NCBI GenBank assembly: GCA_963718665.1
Contig: OY970359.1
Coordinates: 2,528,001 to 2,592,000 of the forward strand
Length of the DNA: 64,000 bases
Source of the DNA: an uncultured Phycisphaerales bacterium
GTDB lineage: Bacteria > Planctomycetota > Phycisphaerae > Sedimentisphaerales > Anaerobacaceae
Reading direction: 5' to 3'
The notes beneath the pieces are model-generated. The model worked only from the letters and a program-made list of their open reading frames with translations, had not been told where the DNA came from and searched no databases. Positions within the stretch are counted from its first letter, which is position 1, and each line of letters opens with the position of its first letter. Both the position numbers and the translations under genes were made by a program. Of the stretch, positions 1 to 9,988 are shown piece after piece.

Positions 1-603
1 GGCGAAGACCGAGCATCGGCCCGCCATTCGCGGGACATTTTTGCTTTCAATCGCCAGCCGGCCGAATTCTTCCTCTATATTGATGCCTAAGCGGTCCGCC
101 TGCTGGTCAAGAAATGAGCCGGTCCCCGCGGCGCATACGGTATTTAAGGCAAAATCTTTCACCTGTCCAGCGCCTGACTCGTTGTGCAGGAAAATCAGTT
201 TGCTGTCCTGGCCGCCCATTTCAATGACGGTGGCGTTTTGAATATCCGGATACAGATACGATATCGCGGCGGCCTGCGCAGCCACTTCATTTATGAAGGG
301 AATTCCCAGTAATTTGGCGGGCAATCGTGCGGCGGAGCCGGTCGCCGCGATTGTCTCGACGTTGGCGGGATTTATCTTTGCAAATATCTCCCGCAATTGC
401 GTGCGGAATGTCTCTACGGGTTTGCCTTTTGTCCGCCTGTAGTCCGAAAGGACAATTCTGTTCTGGTCATCAAGAATTACGACATCGCTGCTGGTTGACC
501 CGATGTCAATACCGAGAAAGAAAGTTCCTGTGCCTCTGATAGGTTCGAGGCCGAGTCCTTTGGTTGTCTGTGATGAAATAATTTTCGGCTGTTCTTGCTC
601 CAT
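1..603 (-). CDS. Acyl-CoA dehydratase activase (BadF/BadG/BcrA/BcrD-type ATPase), 5' part; runs off the window start
   Basis: Manual minus-strand translation from ATG at 603: MEQEQ...FLGIDIGSTSSDVV...ATGSAA...INEVAAQA...DFALNTVCAAGTGSFLDQQADRLG...MAGRCSVFA, the typical activase motifs. Absent from the ORF track because it has no stop in the window. Confidence 0.9.
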   Translation of the reverse strand, partial: MEQEQPKIISSQTTKGLGLEPIRGTGTFFLGIDIGSTSSDVVILDDQNRIVLSDYRRTKGKPVETFRTQLREIFAKINPANVETIAATGSAARLPAKLLGIPFINEVAAQAAAISYLYPDIQNATVIEMGGQDSKLIFLHNESGAGQVKDFALNTVCAAGTGSFLDQQADRLGINIEEEFGRLAIESKNVPRMAGRCSVFA

Positions 604-835
604 ATTCGGCTTCCTGGTCCCCTGAATCTCGTAACCGTCAGGGACGCATTACTATAACCGATTTTTTGCTGTTGACAAGTGGCGGGTTCCGGCATTTTGG
701 ACGCACTGTTTCGAGGTATGAAAAGGCACTCTGGAGTATGTCCGCCCGCTACCGAGAACGTCTTGTATTATGCGAAAGCTTCGTCTAAACTGTATGTGCA
801 TTTACAAGGATAAGCCGAAGGAAACAGCCGGAGCG

Positions 836-2347
836 ATGAACGGATATTGGCAAACAAAACAGGGGCAGCTGGTAATTCTGATTGCGATTTTAATCGGCTC
901 GGCGATTCTTCTGCTGGCTAATCTCGGCAATCAGTATCTGTGGCAGGATGAGGCGCAGACGGCGCTTATCAGCAAGACGATACTTACCGATGGCGTTCCG
1001 CGAGGGTATTACGGTAAAAATTATTTCTCACAGGAAGAGGGGGACGAATACGGGAAAAATTATATCTGGCGATGGCACACGTGGCTGCCGTTTTACGTTC
1101 TGGCCGGGTTTTACGAGGTATTCGGGGTAAGCACGTTTGTCTGCCGGCTGCCATTCGCGCTGTTTGGTCTTGGCACAGTTGCGCTGCTGTATTTTTTTGC
1201 CAAATCGCTTTGGCCTGGGACTCGGATACCAGCGATTGCGGCGTCATTGCTGGCGATATCGGTTCCGTTCCTGCTTTTATGCAGGCAGTGCCGGTATTAC
1301 AGTATGGCAATGTTCTTTACTTTACTTTCGTTGTACGCCTACGTTTTGCTGCTGGAGGGGAGAAAACACGCTTCTTTATTGCTGTTTGCCGCGATGACAC
1401 TGCTGTTTCACAGTCAGCATATTTATGTGGCGATTTTTTTCCCGGCGGTTTTTCTGCACGCGGTGATTTTCCATCGCACCCGACTTAAAACGCTGGGCAA
1501 GGTAGCTGCGCTGGTCATATTAGTCAATACGCCCTGGCTTATCTGGCTTTCCGGGATGAAATACGCGAGCCCATACCAGGAAGCGGGACTATTGCGGGTG
1601 CTTTTTGTTTTTATCGTGAGGTATGTCCATGACCTTGCCTGTTATGTATTTCCAGTATGGCTGTTTGCGGTGCTGCCGGTCTGGTATATTGTTACTCGCG
1701 TCAGAACGGGTCGGTTTCCAGTGTTCAGCCGGCAAGTATGGGAGAGATTATCACTGCTTGTCTTTTTCATTGTGTTCAATATAATCGCAGTTTCGGCTAA
1801 AACCCCTTCTCCGTTTTTTTGGTACTTAGCCCCATCGATTATACTGCTGATTCTTCTGGCGGCTGTTATCATAAACGCCGCGTGGGAGGCGCATCTGCTT
1901 ATCGCTGTGGCGGCGGTCATTTTGTTGGTTACTACCGGCCAGATGAAGGATTACCTTTACGAAATTACCCATGATTATGACGGGCCTGAGGAAGGTATCG
2001 CGAAATATCTTAATGAACACGGTTCCCCTACGGATATTGTTGCTGTTACAAATGGCGACATGGCACTGAAGTTTTACACCAAAATGAGGGTGGTCGGCGG
2101 ATTTACGGGCGAAGACCTTTCGCCCGCGAAAAACGCCCGGTGGGTGATAATTCGTAAACATAGCTTTGTCGGTAAAGAACAAAAAATGCGGGATTATCTG
2201 CAGGAGAATATACCGACGCAGGAGTTACACAAGATAATAATCAATTATCCTGACATACTGTTTGAAAACAGGGAAAACCCGAACGAGCACCGTTTTCGAA
2301 CCGACACAGAGGAGAGTAATGTGGTTATTTACGAGAGGATGAACTGA
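836..2347 (+). CDS. GT-C fold membrane glycosyltransferase (ArnT/PMT-like, GT39/GT83)
   Basis: LWQDEA motif after the first TM helix, RLPFALFG, RYYS motif, many TM segments. Alternative start at 770. Confidence 0.8.
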   Translation: MNGYWQTKQGQLVILIAILIGSAILLLANLGNQYLWQDEAQTALISKTILTDGVPRGYYGKNYFSQEEGDEYGKNYIWRWHTWLPFYVLAGFYEVFGVSTFVCRLPFALFGLGTVALLYFFAKSLWPGTRIPAIAASLLAISVPFLLLCRQCRYYSMAMFFTLLSLYAYVLLLEGRKHASLLLFAAMTLLFHSQHIYVAIFFPAVFLHAVIFHRTRLKTLGKVAALVILVNTPWLIWLSGMKYASPYQEAGLLRVLFVFIVRYVHDLACYVFPVWLFAVLPVWYIVTRVRTGRFPVFSRQVWERLSLLVFFIVFNIIAVSAKTPSPFFWYLAPSIILLILLAAVIINAAWEAHLLIAVAAVILLVTTGQMKDYLYEITHDYDGPEEGIAKYLNEHGSPTDIVAVTNGDMALKFYTKMRVVGGFTGEDLSPAKNARWVIIRKHSFVGKEQKMRDYLQENIPTQELHKIIINYPDILFENRENPNEHRFRTDTEESNVVIYERMN

Positions 2348-3993
2348 TGGGGCAGACAAAGAAGTCAGCCGTTGATAAGAAACTGGATGTTGCCGCTCGC
2401 TTCAATATCTGGCCTTGGGTGGCGATTATCGGGGTGATAATCGCAGCGGCAGTTATTCGAGGTCGGCTGCTTTCTGTGCCATTCGAGCGGGACGAGGGCG
2501 AATATGCTTATATAGCGCAGCAAATGTTAAAGGGTGTGCCTCCTTATGTCTCGGCGTACAGTATGAAGCTGCCGGGAATCTATGTTGTTTATGCCCTGAT
2601 AATGACCTTGTTTGGACAGACGCATACGGGTGTTCACCTCGGTCTTCTAATCTTCAATGCCGCGACGATATTTGTGGTATTTTTGCTTGCCAAAAAAATA
2701 TTCGGGTCGATTGCCGCGGTTGCTGCCGGTGGTGTCTATGCTGTATTATCCATAACTTCCGGAGTAACAGGGCTTTGGGCGAATGCGGAGCATTTTGTTA
2801 TTCTGCCGGCGCTTGTGGGCATATTACTTATTTGTAACAGCAACGGCAAAACAGGGTATGTCCGATTGCTGATTGCAGGACTGCTTTTCGGTCTTGCGTT
2901 TATTATCAAGCAGCACGGTATTATGTTTGCTATTTTTGGCGCGTTGTATTTGCTTTATTCCGGTTTGCGACAAAGGCCGATTCAATGGCTAAAAGTCATT
3001 ATCTCTCAGATTATTTTTAACGCCGTGGTTCTTCTGCCGTTTGTTTTAGTATGTCTTTTTTACTGGTTTTACGGCACCTTTGATAAGTTCTGGTTCTGGA
3101 CGTTCACATACGCCCGCGAGTATGCGGCGGGCGTTTCTCTGGATGCCGCATGGGAGCTTTTAACATACCAGGCAAAGATGATGTTCTATGAAGGTTTTCC
3201 AATATGGTTTCTTTCTGTTTTTGGCTTTTTCGCCGTTGTTGTTATGAGGAGATATCGTCAATTGGCGGCATTAGCCGCGGGATTTTTTATTTTTTCATTT
3301 TTGGCCGTTTGCCCGGGTTTTTATTTCCGCAACCATTATTTCATTTTTCTTTTGCCCGCGGCGGCAATTTTGGCCGGAGTTGGCATTGCTGTGATTGATG
3401 GATTATACGCGGGAACGATGCCGATGCCGATGCGGCTGGCCATAACCGGTAGTATTGGTCTCATTGTTATCGGCTATACGTTGTATGACCAGCAGGAGTG
3501 TTTATTTACTCTTTCACCGGAAGATGTTTGCCGAAAGGTTTATAGCGTCAACCCATTCCCGGAATCGCTTCAGATAGCAAAATTTATCCGGGATAATTCG
3601 CGTCCCGATGCCCCAATAGCTGTTGTCGGCTCCGAACCGCAAATCTGCTTCTATTCCGACAGACGTTCGGCTACCAAATATATTTATACTTATCCGCTTA
3701 TGGAGCCACAGCCGTACGCCATGCAGATGCAGGAAGAAATGATTGCTCAAATTGAGACCGCCAACCCTGAATTTGTGATTTTTATAAATGTTCCCATGTC
3801 ATGGCTGGCAAGACCAAATTCCGTTCAAAAGATATTCGGGTGGTTTGATTCATATTTGTTCACACATTACGAGGTGGTCGGTATCGCCGACATTTTGGGT
3901 AATAGGCCGACTATCTGGCGGTGGAACAATCAGGCAGCCAATTATAAACCAGTATCGATAGCATCGGTTGTTGTTTTAAAGAGGAAACAATGA
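2347..3993 (+). CDS. GT-C fold membrane glycosyltransferase (ArnT/PMT-like)
   Basis: ERDEGEYAYIA and KLPGIY motifs, many TM segments; start overlaps the upstream stop. Confidence 0.8.
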   Translation: MGQTKKSAVDKKLDVAARFNIWPWVAIIGVIIAAAVIRGRLLSVPFERDEGEYAYIAQQMLKGVPPYVSAYSMKLPGIYVVYALIMTLFGQTHTGVHLGLLIFNAATIFVVFLLAKKIFGSIAAVAAGGVYAVLSITSGVTGLWANAEHFVILPALVGILLICNSNGKTGYVRLLIAGLLFGLAFIIKQHGIMFAIFGALYLLYSGLRQRPIQWLKVIISQIIFNAVVLLPFVLVCLFYWFYGTFDKFWFWTFTYAREYAAGVSLDAAWELLTYQAKMMFYEGFPIWFLSVFGFFAVVVMRRYRQLAALAAGFFIFSFLAVCPGFYFRNHYFIFLLPAAAILAGVGIAVIDGLYAGTMPMPMRLAITGSIGLIVIGYTLYDQQECLFTLSPEDVCRKVYSVNPFPESLQIAKFIRDNSRPDAPIAVVGSEPQICFYSDRRSATKYIYTYPLMEPQPYAMQMQEEMIAQIETANPEFVIFINVPMSWLARPNSVQKIFGWFDSYLFTHYEVVGIADILGNRPTIWRWNNQAANYKPVSIASVVVLKRKQ

Positions 3994-4024
3994 TACCGGA
4001 AGCGGTTTTGCGCTACCGAGGATA

Positions 4025-4837
4025 ATGAAGAACCGCTATAATGTTCTTATGTTCGCGAATAAAAAAGTAGTTGTTGTGATGCCGGCTTATAACGCTGAGA
4101 AGACCCTTCGCAAGACCTATGATGAGGTGATGGCGCAGGGAATCGTTGACCTTGTTATTATTGTTGATGACGCAAGCAAAGACGGGACGGTCGATGTGGC
4201 GTCAAAACTGCCTCATGCCGTTGTCCATACGCATCCGCAAAATCGCGGGTATGGCGCCAACCAGAAGACCTGCTATAAACTTGCTCTCGAAAACGGGGCC
4301 GACATCGTAATAATGGTGCATCCCGATTACCAGTACACGCCGTTGCTGATACCGGCGATGGCGTCTATGATTGCAAACGAGCTTTACCATTGTGTGCTGG
4401 GTTCGCGAATCCTCGGCGGTCATGCGCTGGCGGGCAATATGCCGATTTACAAATACGTGTCAAACCGGTTTCTCACGCTTGCAGAAAACATTCTTACGGG
4501 TGCGAAGCTGTCCGAGTACCACACGGGCTACCGCGCTTTTTCCAGGCAGTTGCTGGAGCGGCTGCCTCTGGACGGCAATTCCGATGATTTTATTTTTGAC
4601 AACCAGATGCTCGCCCAGATACTATGGTTTGGGTACACGATAGCCGAGGTAAGCTGCCCGACGAAATACTTCCCTGAGGCGTCATCAATTAACTTCGGTC
4701 GCAGCACCAAATACGGTTTCGGCTGTTTGTGGACGGGATTAAAATTTCGCCTGGCGAAAATGAACCTCATAAAATCACAACTGTTTCCAAATAATCGATG
4801 CGTAAAATCACCCACAAGTCCCGTGCGTCCTGGGTAA
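4025..4837 (+). CDS. GT2 polyprenol-phosphate glycosyltransferase (DPM-synthase-like)
   Basis: VVMPAYNAE, IVDDASKD, NRGYG, HPDYQY, GSR and TGYRAFSR motifs. Start may be 4049. Confidence 0.9.
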   Translation: MKNRYNVLMFANKKVVVVMPAYNAEKTLRKTYDEVMAQGIVDLVIIVDDASKDGTVDVASKLPHAVVHTHPQNRGYGANQKTCYKLALENGADIVIMVHPDYQYTPLLIPAMASMIANELYHCVLGSRILGGHALAGNMPIYKYVSNRFLTLAENILTGAKLSEYHTGYRAFSRQLLERLPLDGNSDDFIFDNQMLAQILWFGYTIAEVSCPTKYFPEASSINFGRSTKYGFGCLWTGLKFRLAKMNLIKSQLFPNNRCVKSPTSPVRPG

Positions 4838-6390
4838 TCGGGGCAGCCCTTGCGGTAATTACAATCGCCGTATTCTGTCGGGTCGCGACATTTTATTTTA
4901 TCACATACGATGACCCCTCTTACGTTACCGCGAATCCGCAGGTCCAGGCGGGCCTTAGCGTGAAAAATTTTGCCTGGGCGGTTACCTCTTCGAGTGCCTA
5001 CAACTGGCATCCGCTGACGTGGCTTTCGCTGATGCTTGATTGTCAGCTTTTCGGTCCTGACGCGGGCCGGCTTCACATGACAAATCTGTTTCTGCATACG
5101 GCTAATACTGTTTTGCTTTTTATTCTTTTGCTGCGAATTACGAGCGCCTTATGGCCCAGCGCGTTTGTCGCCGCGGCCTTTGCGATTCACCCGCTTCATA
5201 TCCAGTCGGTCGCTTGGGTGGCGGAACGCAAAGATGTGCTGAGCACCTTGTTCTGGCTGCTGACGATGTTGCTTTATGTGCGTTATACCGAGCGTTCTTC
5301 GATGGGCAGGTATGTCCTCGCGCTTTTTGTTTTTGCTTTGGGCCTTATGGCCAAGCCGATGCTTGTTACGCTGCCTGTTATTCTGCTGCTTCTTGATTAC
5401 TGGCCGCTTAAACGCAAATGTTCGCTCCCAAAGCTGCTCTTGGAAAAACTTCCGTTTGTTTTTCTTGCCGGCGTATCAAGCGTAATAACGCTCGTTATTC
5501 AATCGCAAAGCGGGGCGGTAAAAGACGTAATCAAATTCCCGTTTGACATTCGAGTCATAAACGCACTTGTCTCATACGTTAAATATATCTTAAAAATGTT
5601 CTGGCCCGTGAATTTGTCGGTGTTTTATCCTCACCCGGGCCGGTCGCTTCATTTTTCTGATGCGGTTATCCCCACGCTGCTGCTTGTTGCGGTAACGGCT
5701 TTGGCGATTCGTTTTGCCAAGACACGCGGCTATCTATTGTTCGGCTGGTTGTGGTATATCTGCACGCTAATACCGGTAATAGGCCTGATTCAGGTCGGCA
5801 ACCAGGCGATGGCGGACCGATATACGTATATCCCGCTTATCGGGCTATTTATCATCATTGCTTGGGGATTGCCTGAATTGTTCGCCCGATACGCTTTTCG
5901 CAAAACCGTTCTCGCAATCGCCGCGGTGGTTGTCCTTTCGGCTATGGTTGTCTCGACGTGTATGCAGCTTGGTTACTGGCAAAGCAGCGTTACTATTTTC
6001 GAACGAGCCGTTGAGGTAAATCCGAATGACCGTTTTGCGCAGGCGAATCTCGGTGTCGCTTTTCTTCGCAAAAACTCTTACGACGACGCGATTGTTCATT
6101 TTGAAAAGGCGCTGCAAATCGACCCCTGCGACGCTATGTCGCACCTGAATATAGGGGTCGTGTTGTTCCGCAAAAATAAAATCGACGAGGCGGTAAGTCA
6201 TTTTGAAAAAGCGGCGGCAATTGACCCGTGCGACGTGCCGACACGCCTGAATCTCGCGACCGGTTTGGCAAAACAGGGCAAAACGCAACGGGCGATAGAG
6301 CAATGTGATGAGATTCTTCGAATAGCGCCTGGGCGAAGCGAGGCGATTGAATTGAGACGACAGATTCTTCAGCAGCAGCAACGCCAATGA
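4798..6390 (+). CDS. TMTC-like membrane glycosyltransferase with C-terminal TPR repeats
   Basis: YDDPSYV..NP, NWHPLTWLS, HPLHIQSVAWVAERKDVL, ADRYTYIP, then TPR repeats. Confidence 0.85.
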   Translation: MRKITHKSRASWVIGAALAVITIAVFCRVATFYFITYDDPSYVTANPQVQAGLSVKNFAWAVTSSSAYNWHPLTWLSLMLDCQLFGPDAGRLHMTNLFLHTANTVLLFILLLRITSALWPSAFVAAAFAIHPLHIQSVAWVAERKDVLSTLFWLLTMLLYVRYTERSSMGRYVLALFVFALGLMAKPMLVTLPVILLLLDYWPLKRKCSLPKLLLEKLPFVFLAGVSSVITLVIQSQSGAVKDVIKFPFDIRVINALVSYVKYILKMFWPVNLSVFYPHPGRSLHFSDAVIPTLLLVAVTALAIRFAKTRGYLLFGWLWYICTLIPVIGLIQVGNQAMADRYTYIPLIGLFIIIAWGLPELFARYAFRKTVLAIAAVVVLSAMVVSTCMQLGYWQSSVTIFERAVEVNPNDRFAQANLGVAFLRKNSYDDAIVHFEKALQIDPCDAMSHLNIGVVLFRKNKIDEAVSHFEKAAAIDPCDVPTRLNLATGLAKQGKTQRAIEQCDEILRIAPGRSEAIELRRQILQQQQRQ

Positions 6391-6442
6391 TAAAAACAAT
6401 CCTGCTTGACAGTTACCCCGTTTGCAAATAGAGTTTCCTCTG

Positions 6443-9178
6443 ATGTCCAGAACCCTTTACATAATCGATGGCCACGCGCACATCTACGCCGCGTATTTCG
6501 CGCCTATGCGGCAGCGGCTGACCAGCCCATCGGGGGAACCCACCAAGGCCACATACATATTTACTACCGCCATACTTGGCCTGATAAAAAGCCGAAAACC
6601 CGATATGCTCGTCGTGGCGATGGACAGTAAAGGACCGACGTTCAGAAATGAGATGTATTCCGATTACAAGGCGCATCGGCCTCCTATGCCTGACGATATG
6701 CCCGTGCAGATAAATCGTATCGAGCAGATTCTTTCGGCGATGAATATCCCTATGCTGCGAATAAACGGATTCGAGGCGGACGATATAATCGGCACGCTTG
6801 CCAAAAAGGTCTCAAAAGAGGGTATTGACGTTTATATATGCACAAAGGACAAGGATGTTCTCCAGCTTATTGATGACCACGTTTTTGGATATGATATCAA
6901 GACAGGTGAAGTAACCGACGAGGCATGGGTTAATGCGGAGATGAAAATTTCGCCTGCCCAGTTCATCGACGTTTTGGCGCTTCAGGGGGATACCGCCGAT
7001 AATGTTCCAGGTGTCGCGGACGTCGGCCCAAAGACGGCTATTGAGTGGATACAAAAATACGGCTCGGTTGATAACCTGCTGGCGCACGCCGACGAAATCA
7101 CGGGCAAACGAGGCGATAATCTTCGCAAATCGAAAGAAATTATTAATCTCAGCAAACGGTTAGTAACGATTGACTGCGATGTCCCTGTGAAGATTGATTA
7201 CGAGGCGTTTACGATAAAGCCGGTTGATGAGGCGCTGCTGACGCAGATATTCAATGAGCTTGGTTTTGCCCGGCTGCTTGGGCAAATGTGGCTTTTGCCT
7301 ACTGAACAGCAAGTTCAAACACAGCAACAGCAGGGCGTAACGGCCGGCGGGGGGCCTGTTTCGGCGGCGACGGCGGAGCATAACTATCAACTTATCGATA
7401 CTCCGGAAAAATTCGAGGAGTTTTTCGAAGAACTGAAAAAGCAAAAATCGTTTGCCGTTGATACAGAGACAACTTCTATTGTGTCAATGCGGGCGGATTT
7501 GGTGGGGATAAGTTTTTCCTGGCAGGCGAAAACCGGGTTTTATATTCCGGTGCGTGCGCCGATGGGGGCAAAACGCCTGCCTTTGGCTATGGTGCGGGAG
7601 AAACTCGCCCCGATATTCGCCGACAAGGCGATTAAAAAAATCGGGCAGAATATCAAATACGATATGCTGGTTTTGCGCAACGCGGGGTTGCCTTTTGCGG
7701 GCGTGTATTTCGATACAATGGTTGCCTCGTATTGTCTCGACCCGCTGCGAAACAGTCATTCGCTTGATAATATGGCGCTGGATTTTCTCGGGCTTACGAG
7801 CATCCCGATATCCGCACTCATTGGCAAGGGGAAAAATCAGCTCAGTTTCGATATGGTCGATACGGCTGCGGCCTGCGAATATTCCGCGGAGGATTCGGAC
7901 CTGACGTGGCGGCTGTATCAGTATTTCACAGCGCAATTAGAGAGACGGCCACAGATACAGCCATTATTTTACGATGTTGAGATGCCTTTGGTAACCGTTC
8001 TCGCGGAAATGGAATACAACGGCGTTTCGCTGGATACCGAGATACTTTCGGATATGTCGGAAGACATAACCGCGTCGATTAACCGGCTGGTTGACGAGAT
8101 TTACCAGACGGCGGGTGCGCCGTTCAATATCGATTCGCCGAAGCAGCTTGCCGAAGTGCTTTTTGGCCGGCTGGGATTAAAATCCGTGCGTTCGGGTAAA
8201 ACAGGCCAAAGCACCGATGCGAGTGTTCTGGATGAGCTTGCCGAGGAGCACCCGATTATTAATCTTATTCTCGAATACCGCACGCTGAGCAAGCTAAAAA
8301 ACACTTATGTTGACAAACTGGGCTATCTCGTAAACCGTCGAACAGGCAGGGTTCACGCGTCGTTTAACCAGACGATAACCGCGACGGGCCGATTAAGCTC
8401 AAGCGACCCCAATTTGCAGAATATCCCGATTCGCACGCCTTTGGGCGCGAAAATTCGCTCCGCGTTTATACCCCAAAACAAAACCGATTGCATCCTCAGC
8501 GCGGATTATTCACAGATAGAGCTTCGCTTGTTGGCCCAATTTTCGGGTGATAAAGCGCTGCGTGAGGCATTTGCCGCGGATATGGATATTCATCGCTTTG
8601 TAGCATCGCAGATTTTCAACGTGCCGATTGAAAAAGTTACATCCGAAATGCGCTCTCGGTGCAAGGCGGTAAATTTCGGGATAATTTACGGGCAGGGGGC
8701 TCTTGGTTTGGCGCACGGAACGGGGCTGACCTTAGCGGAGGCGAAAAAATTCATCGAAGATTATTTTGCCAGATACAGCTCAATTCGTCAGTTTATGGAC
8801 GGCGTCGTCGAGCAGGCGACAAAAAACGGTTATGTCGAAACAATTCTGCACCGTCGGCGAAAAATACTGAATCTTGAAAGTCCCAACCCCGGCAAACGGG
8901 CGCAGGCGAGGCGATTAGCCGTAAATACGGTCATACAGGGTTCGGCAGCCGATTTAATCAAGGTTGCTATGGTCAATATTCAGCGAAAAATTGAATCGGG
9001 AAATCTGCCCGTCAAAATGATTTTGCAGGTTCACGATGAGCTGGTATTCGAGCTGCCGACCGCTGAAGCCGAGAAGCATTCAAAGTGGATTGCCAATGAA
9101 ATGACAAACGCGATTAAATTAGACGTTCCTCTGAAAGTCGATATTACTTACGGCCCAAGCTGGCTCGCGGAGAAATAA
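6443..9178 (+). CDS. polA: DNA polymerase I
   Basis: 5'-3' exonuclease (IIDGH, EADDIIGT, GDTADNVPGV), 3'-5' exonuclease (DTETT) and polymerase motifs (TGRLSSSDPNLQNIP, DYSQIELR, KAVNFGIIYG, QVHDEL). Confidence 0.99.
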   Translation: MSRTLYIIDGHAHIYAAYFAPMRQRLTSPSGEPTKATYIFTTAILGLIKSRKPDMLVVAMDSKGPTFRNEMYSDYKAHRPPMPDDMPVQINRIEQILSAMNIPMLRINGFEADDIIGTLAKKVSKEGIDVYICTKDKDVLQLIDDHVFGYDIKTGEVTDEAWVNAEMKISPAQFIDVLALQGDTADNVPGVADVGPKTAIEWIQKYGSVDNLLAHADEITGKRGDNLRKSKEIINLSKRLVTIDCDVPVKIDYEAFTIKPVDEALLTQIFNELGFARLLGQMWLLPTEQQVQTQQQQGVTAGGGPVSAATAEHNYQLIDTPEKFEEFFEELKKQKSFAVDTETTSIVSMRADLVGISFSWQAKTGFYIPVRAPMGAKRLPLAMVREKLAPIFADKAIKKIGQNIKYDMLVLRNAGLPFAGVYFDTMVASYCLDPLRNSHSLDNMALDFLGLTSIPISALIGKGKNQLSFDMVDTAAACEYSAEDSDLTWRLYQYFTAQLERRPQIQPLFYDVEMPLVTVLAEMEYNGVSLDTEILSDMSEDITASINRLVDEIYQTAGAPFNIDSPKQLAEVLFGRLGLKSVRSGKTGQSTDASVLDELAEEHPIINLILEYRTLSKLKNTYVDKLGYLVNRRTGRVHASFNQTITATGRLSSSDPNLQNIPIRTPLGAKIRSAFIPQNKTDCILSADYSQIELRLLAQFSGDKALREAFAADMDIHRFVASQIFNVPIEKVTSEMRSRCKAVNFGIIYGQGALGLAHGTGLTLAEAKKFIEDYFARYSSIRQFMDGVVEQATKNGYVETILHRRRKILNLESPNPGKRAQARRLAVNTVIQGSAADLIKVAMVNIQRKIESGNLPVKMILQVHDELVFELPTAEAEKHSKWIANEMTNAIKLDVPLKVDITYGPSWLAEK

Positions 9179-9180
9179 AT

Positions 9181-9877
9181 ATGGCAAAACTTTCACCGAT
9201 GCGACGGCTAATGAAGCTGATTCATCCGGAGGGGATACCGTGGCCCGGCTCGGTTTTCTATAATGCCATTAGTTCGTCGACGATATTTATGAAGCACTAT
9301 GAGCTTGCGGCTGAAGACATATTGAGCCATTGTTCTGCACAGCATCCCTTTCGGGAGCAGGGGACGCTGCTCGATATCGGCACAGGTCCCGCGCCTCTTG
9401 TTAAAACTGCATCAGCAATCGCCGGCTATGCGACTGGTGGGGATTGATTCGTCAGCCGCAATGGTAAAACAGGCGAAACAAAACATTGCCCAGGCAGGTC
9501 TGTCGGAATTCATCGAGATTAAAGAGGGCAGCGCAAATCAAATTCCGTTTCCGGACCGGTCCTTCGATATCGTTGTCAGCACCGTTTCGATGCACCACTG
9601 GAAGCAGCCCGAGGCATGCCTCAATGAGATTTATCGTGTTCTGAAGGACAATAGTTTTGCCTTAATATACGATATTGTGAGTGATACGCCCCGAAGCACG
9701 ATGAGCGAGGTAAAACGCGAATTTGGCCGGCTCAAAGCTACGATGTTCTGGCTTCACAATTTTGAGGAGCCGTTTTATACCCGCCAGAATTTTGAGGCAA
9801 TCGCCCAGTCGTCGCTTTTTGGGAAAGGGCGGACTCAATTCCTCGGTTTGTTTTGCTGCCTGATACTGAAAAAGTAA
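9181..9877 (+). pseudogene. Class I SAM-dependent methyltransferase, frameshifted near 9390 (real lesion or consensus error)
   Basis: LLDIGTGP in ORF 9181..9447 continues in another frame (9398..9877) with GIDSS, IPFPDRSFDIVVS, HHW. Confidence 0.75.
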
Positions 9878-9935
9878 TTCGTTTTGTTGACGTGGAATAC
9901 GCCAAGCCCTAAAATCCCTTTGTTATCCGAGTAGT

Positions 9936-9962
9936 GTCATTCCTGCGAAAGCAGGAATCCAG
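9936..9962 (+). repeat. REP-like extragenic palindrome (GTCATTCCTGC-GAAA-GCAGGAATCCAG)
   Basis: Hairpin attcctgc-gaaa-gcaggaat resembling the widespread GTCATTCCCGCGAAAGCGGGAATCCAG repeat family; intergenic upstream of dapL. Confidence 0.75.
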
Positions 9963-9988
9963 AACTAATAGACAATGGGAAAAACAAG

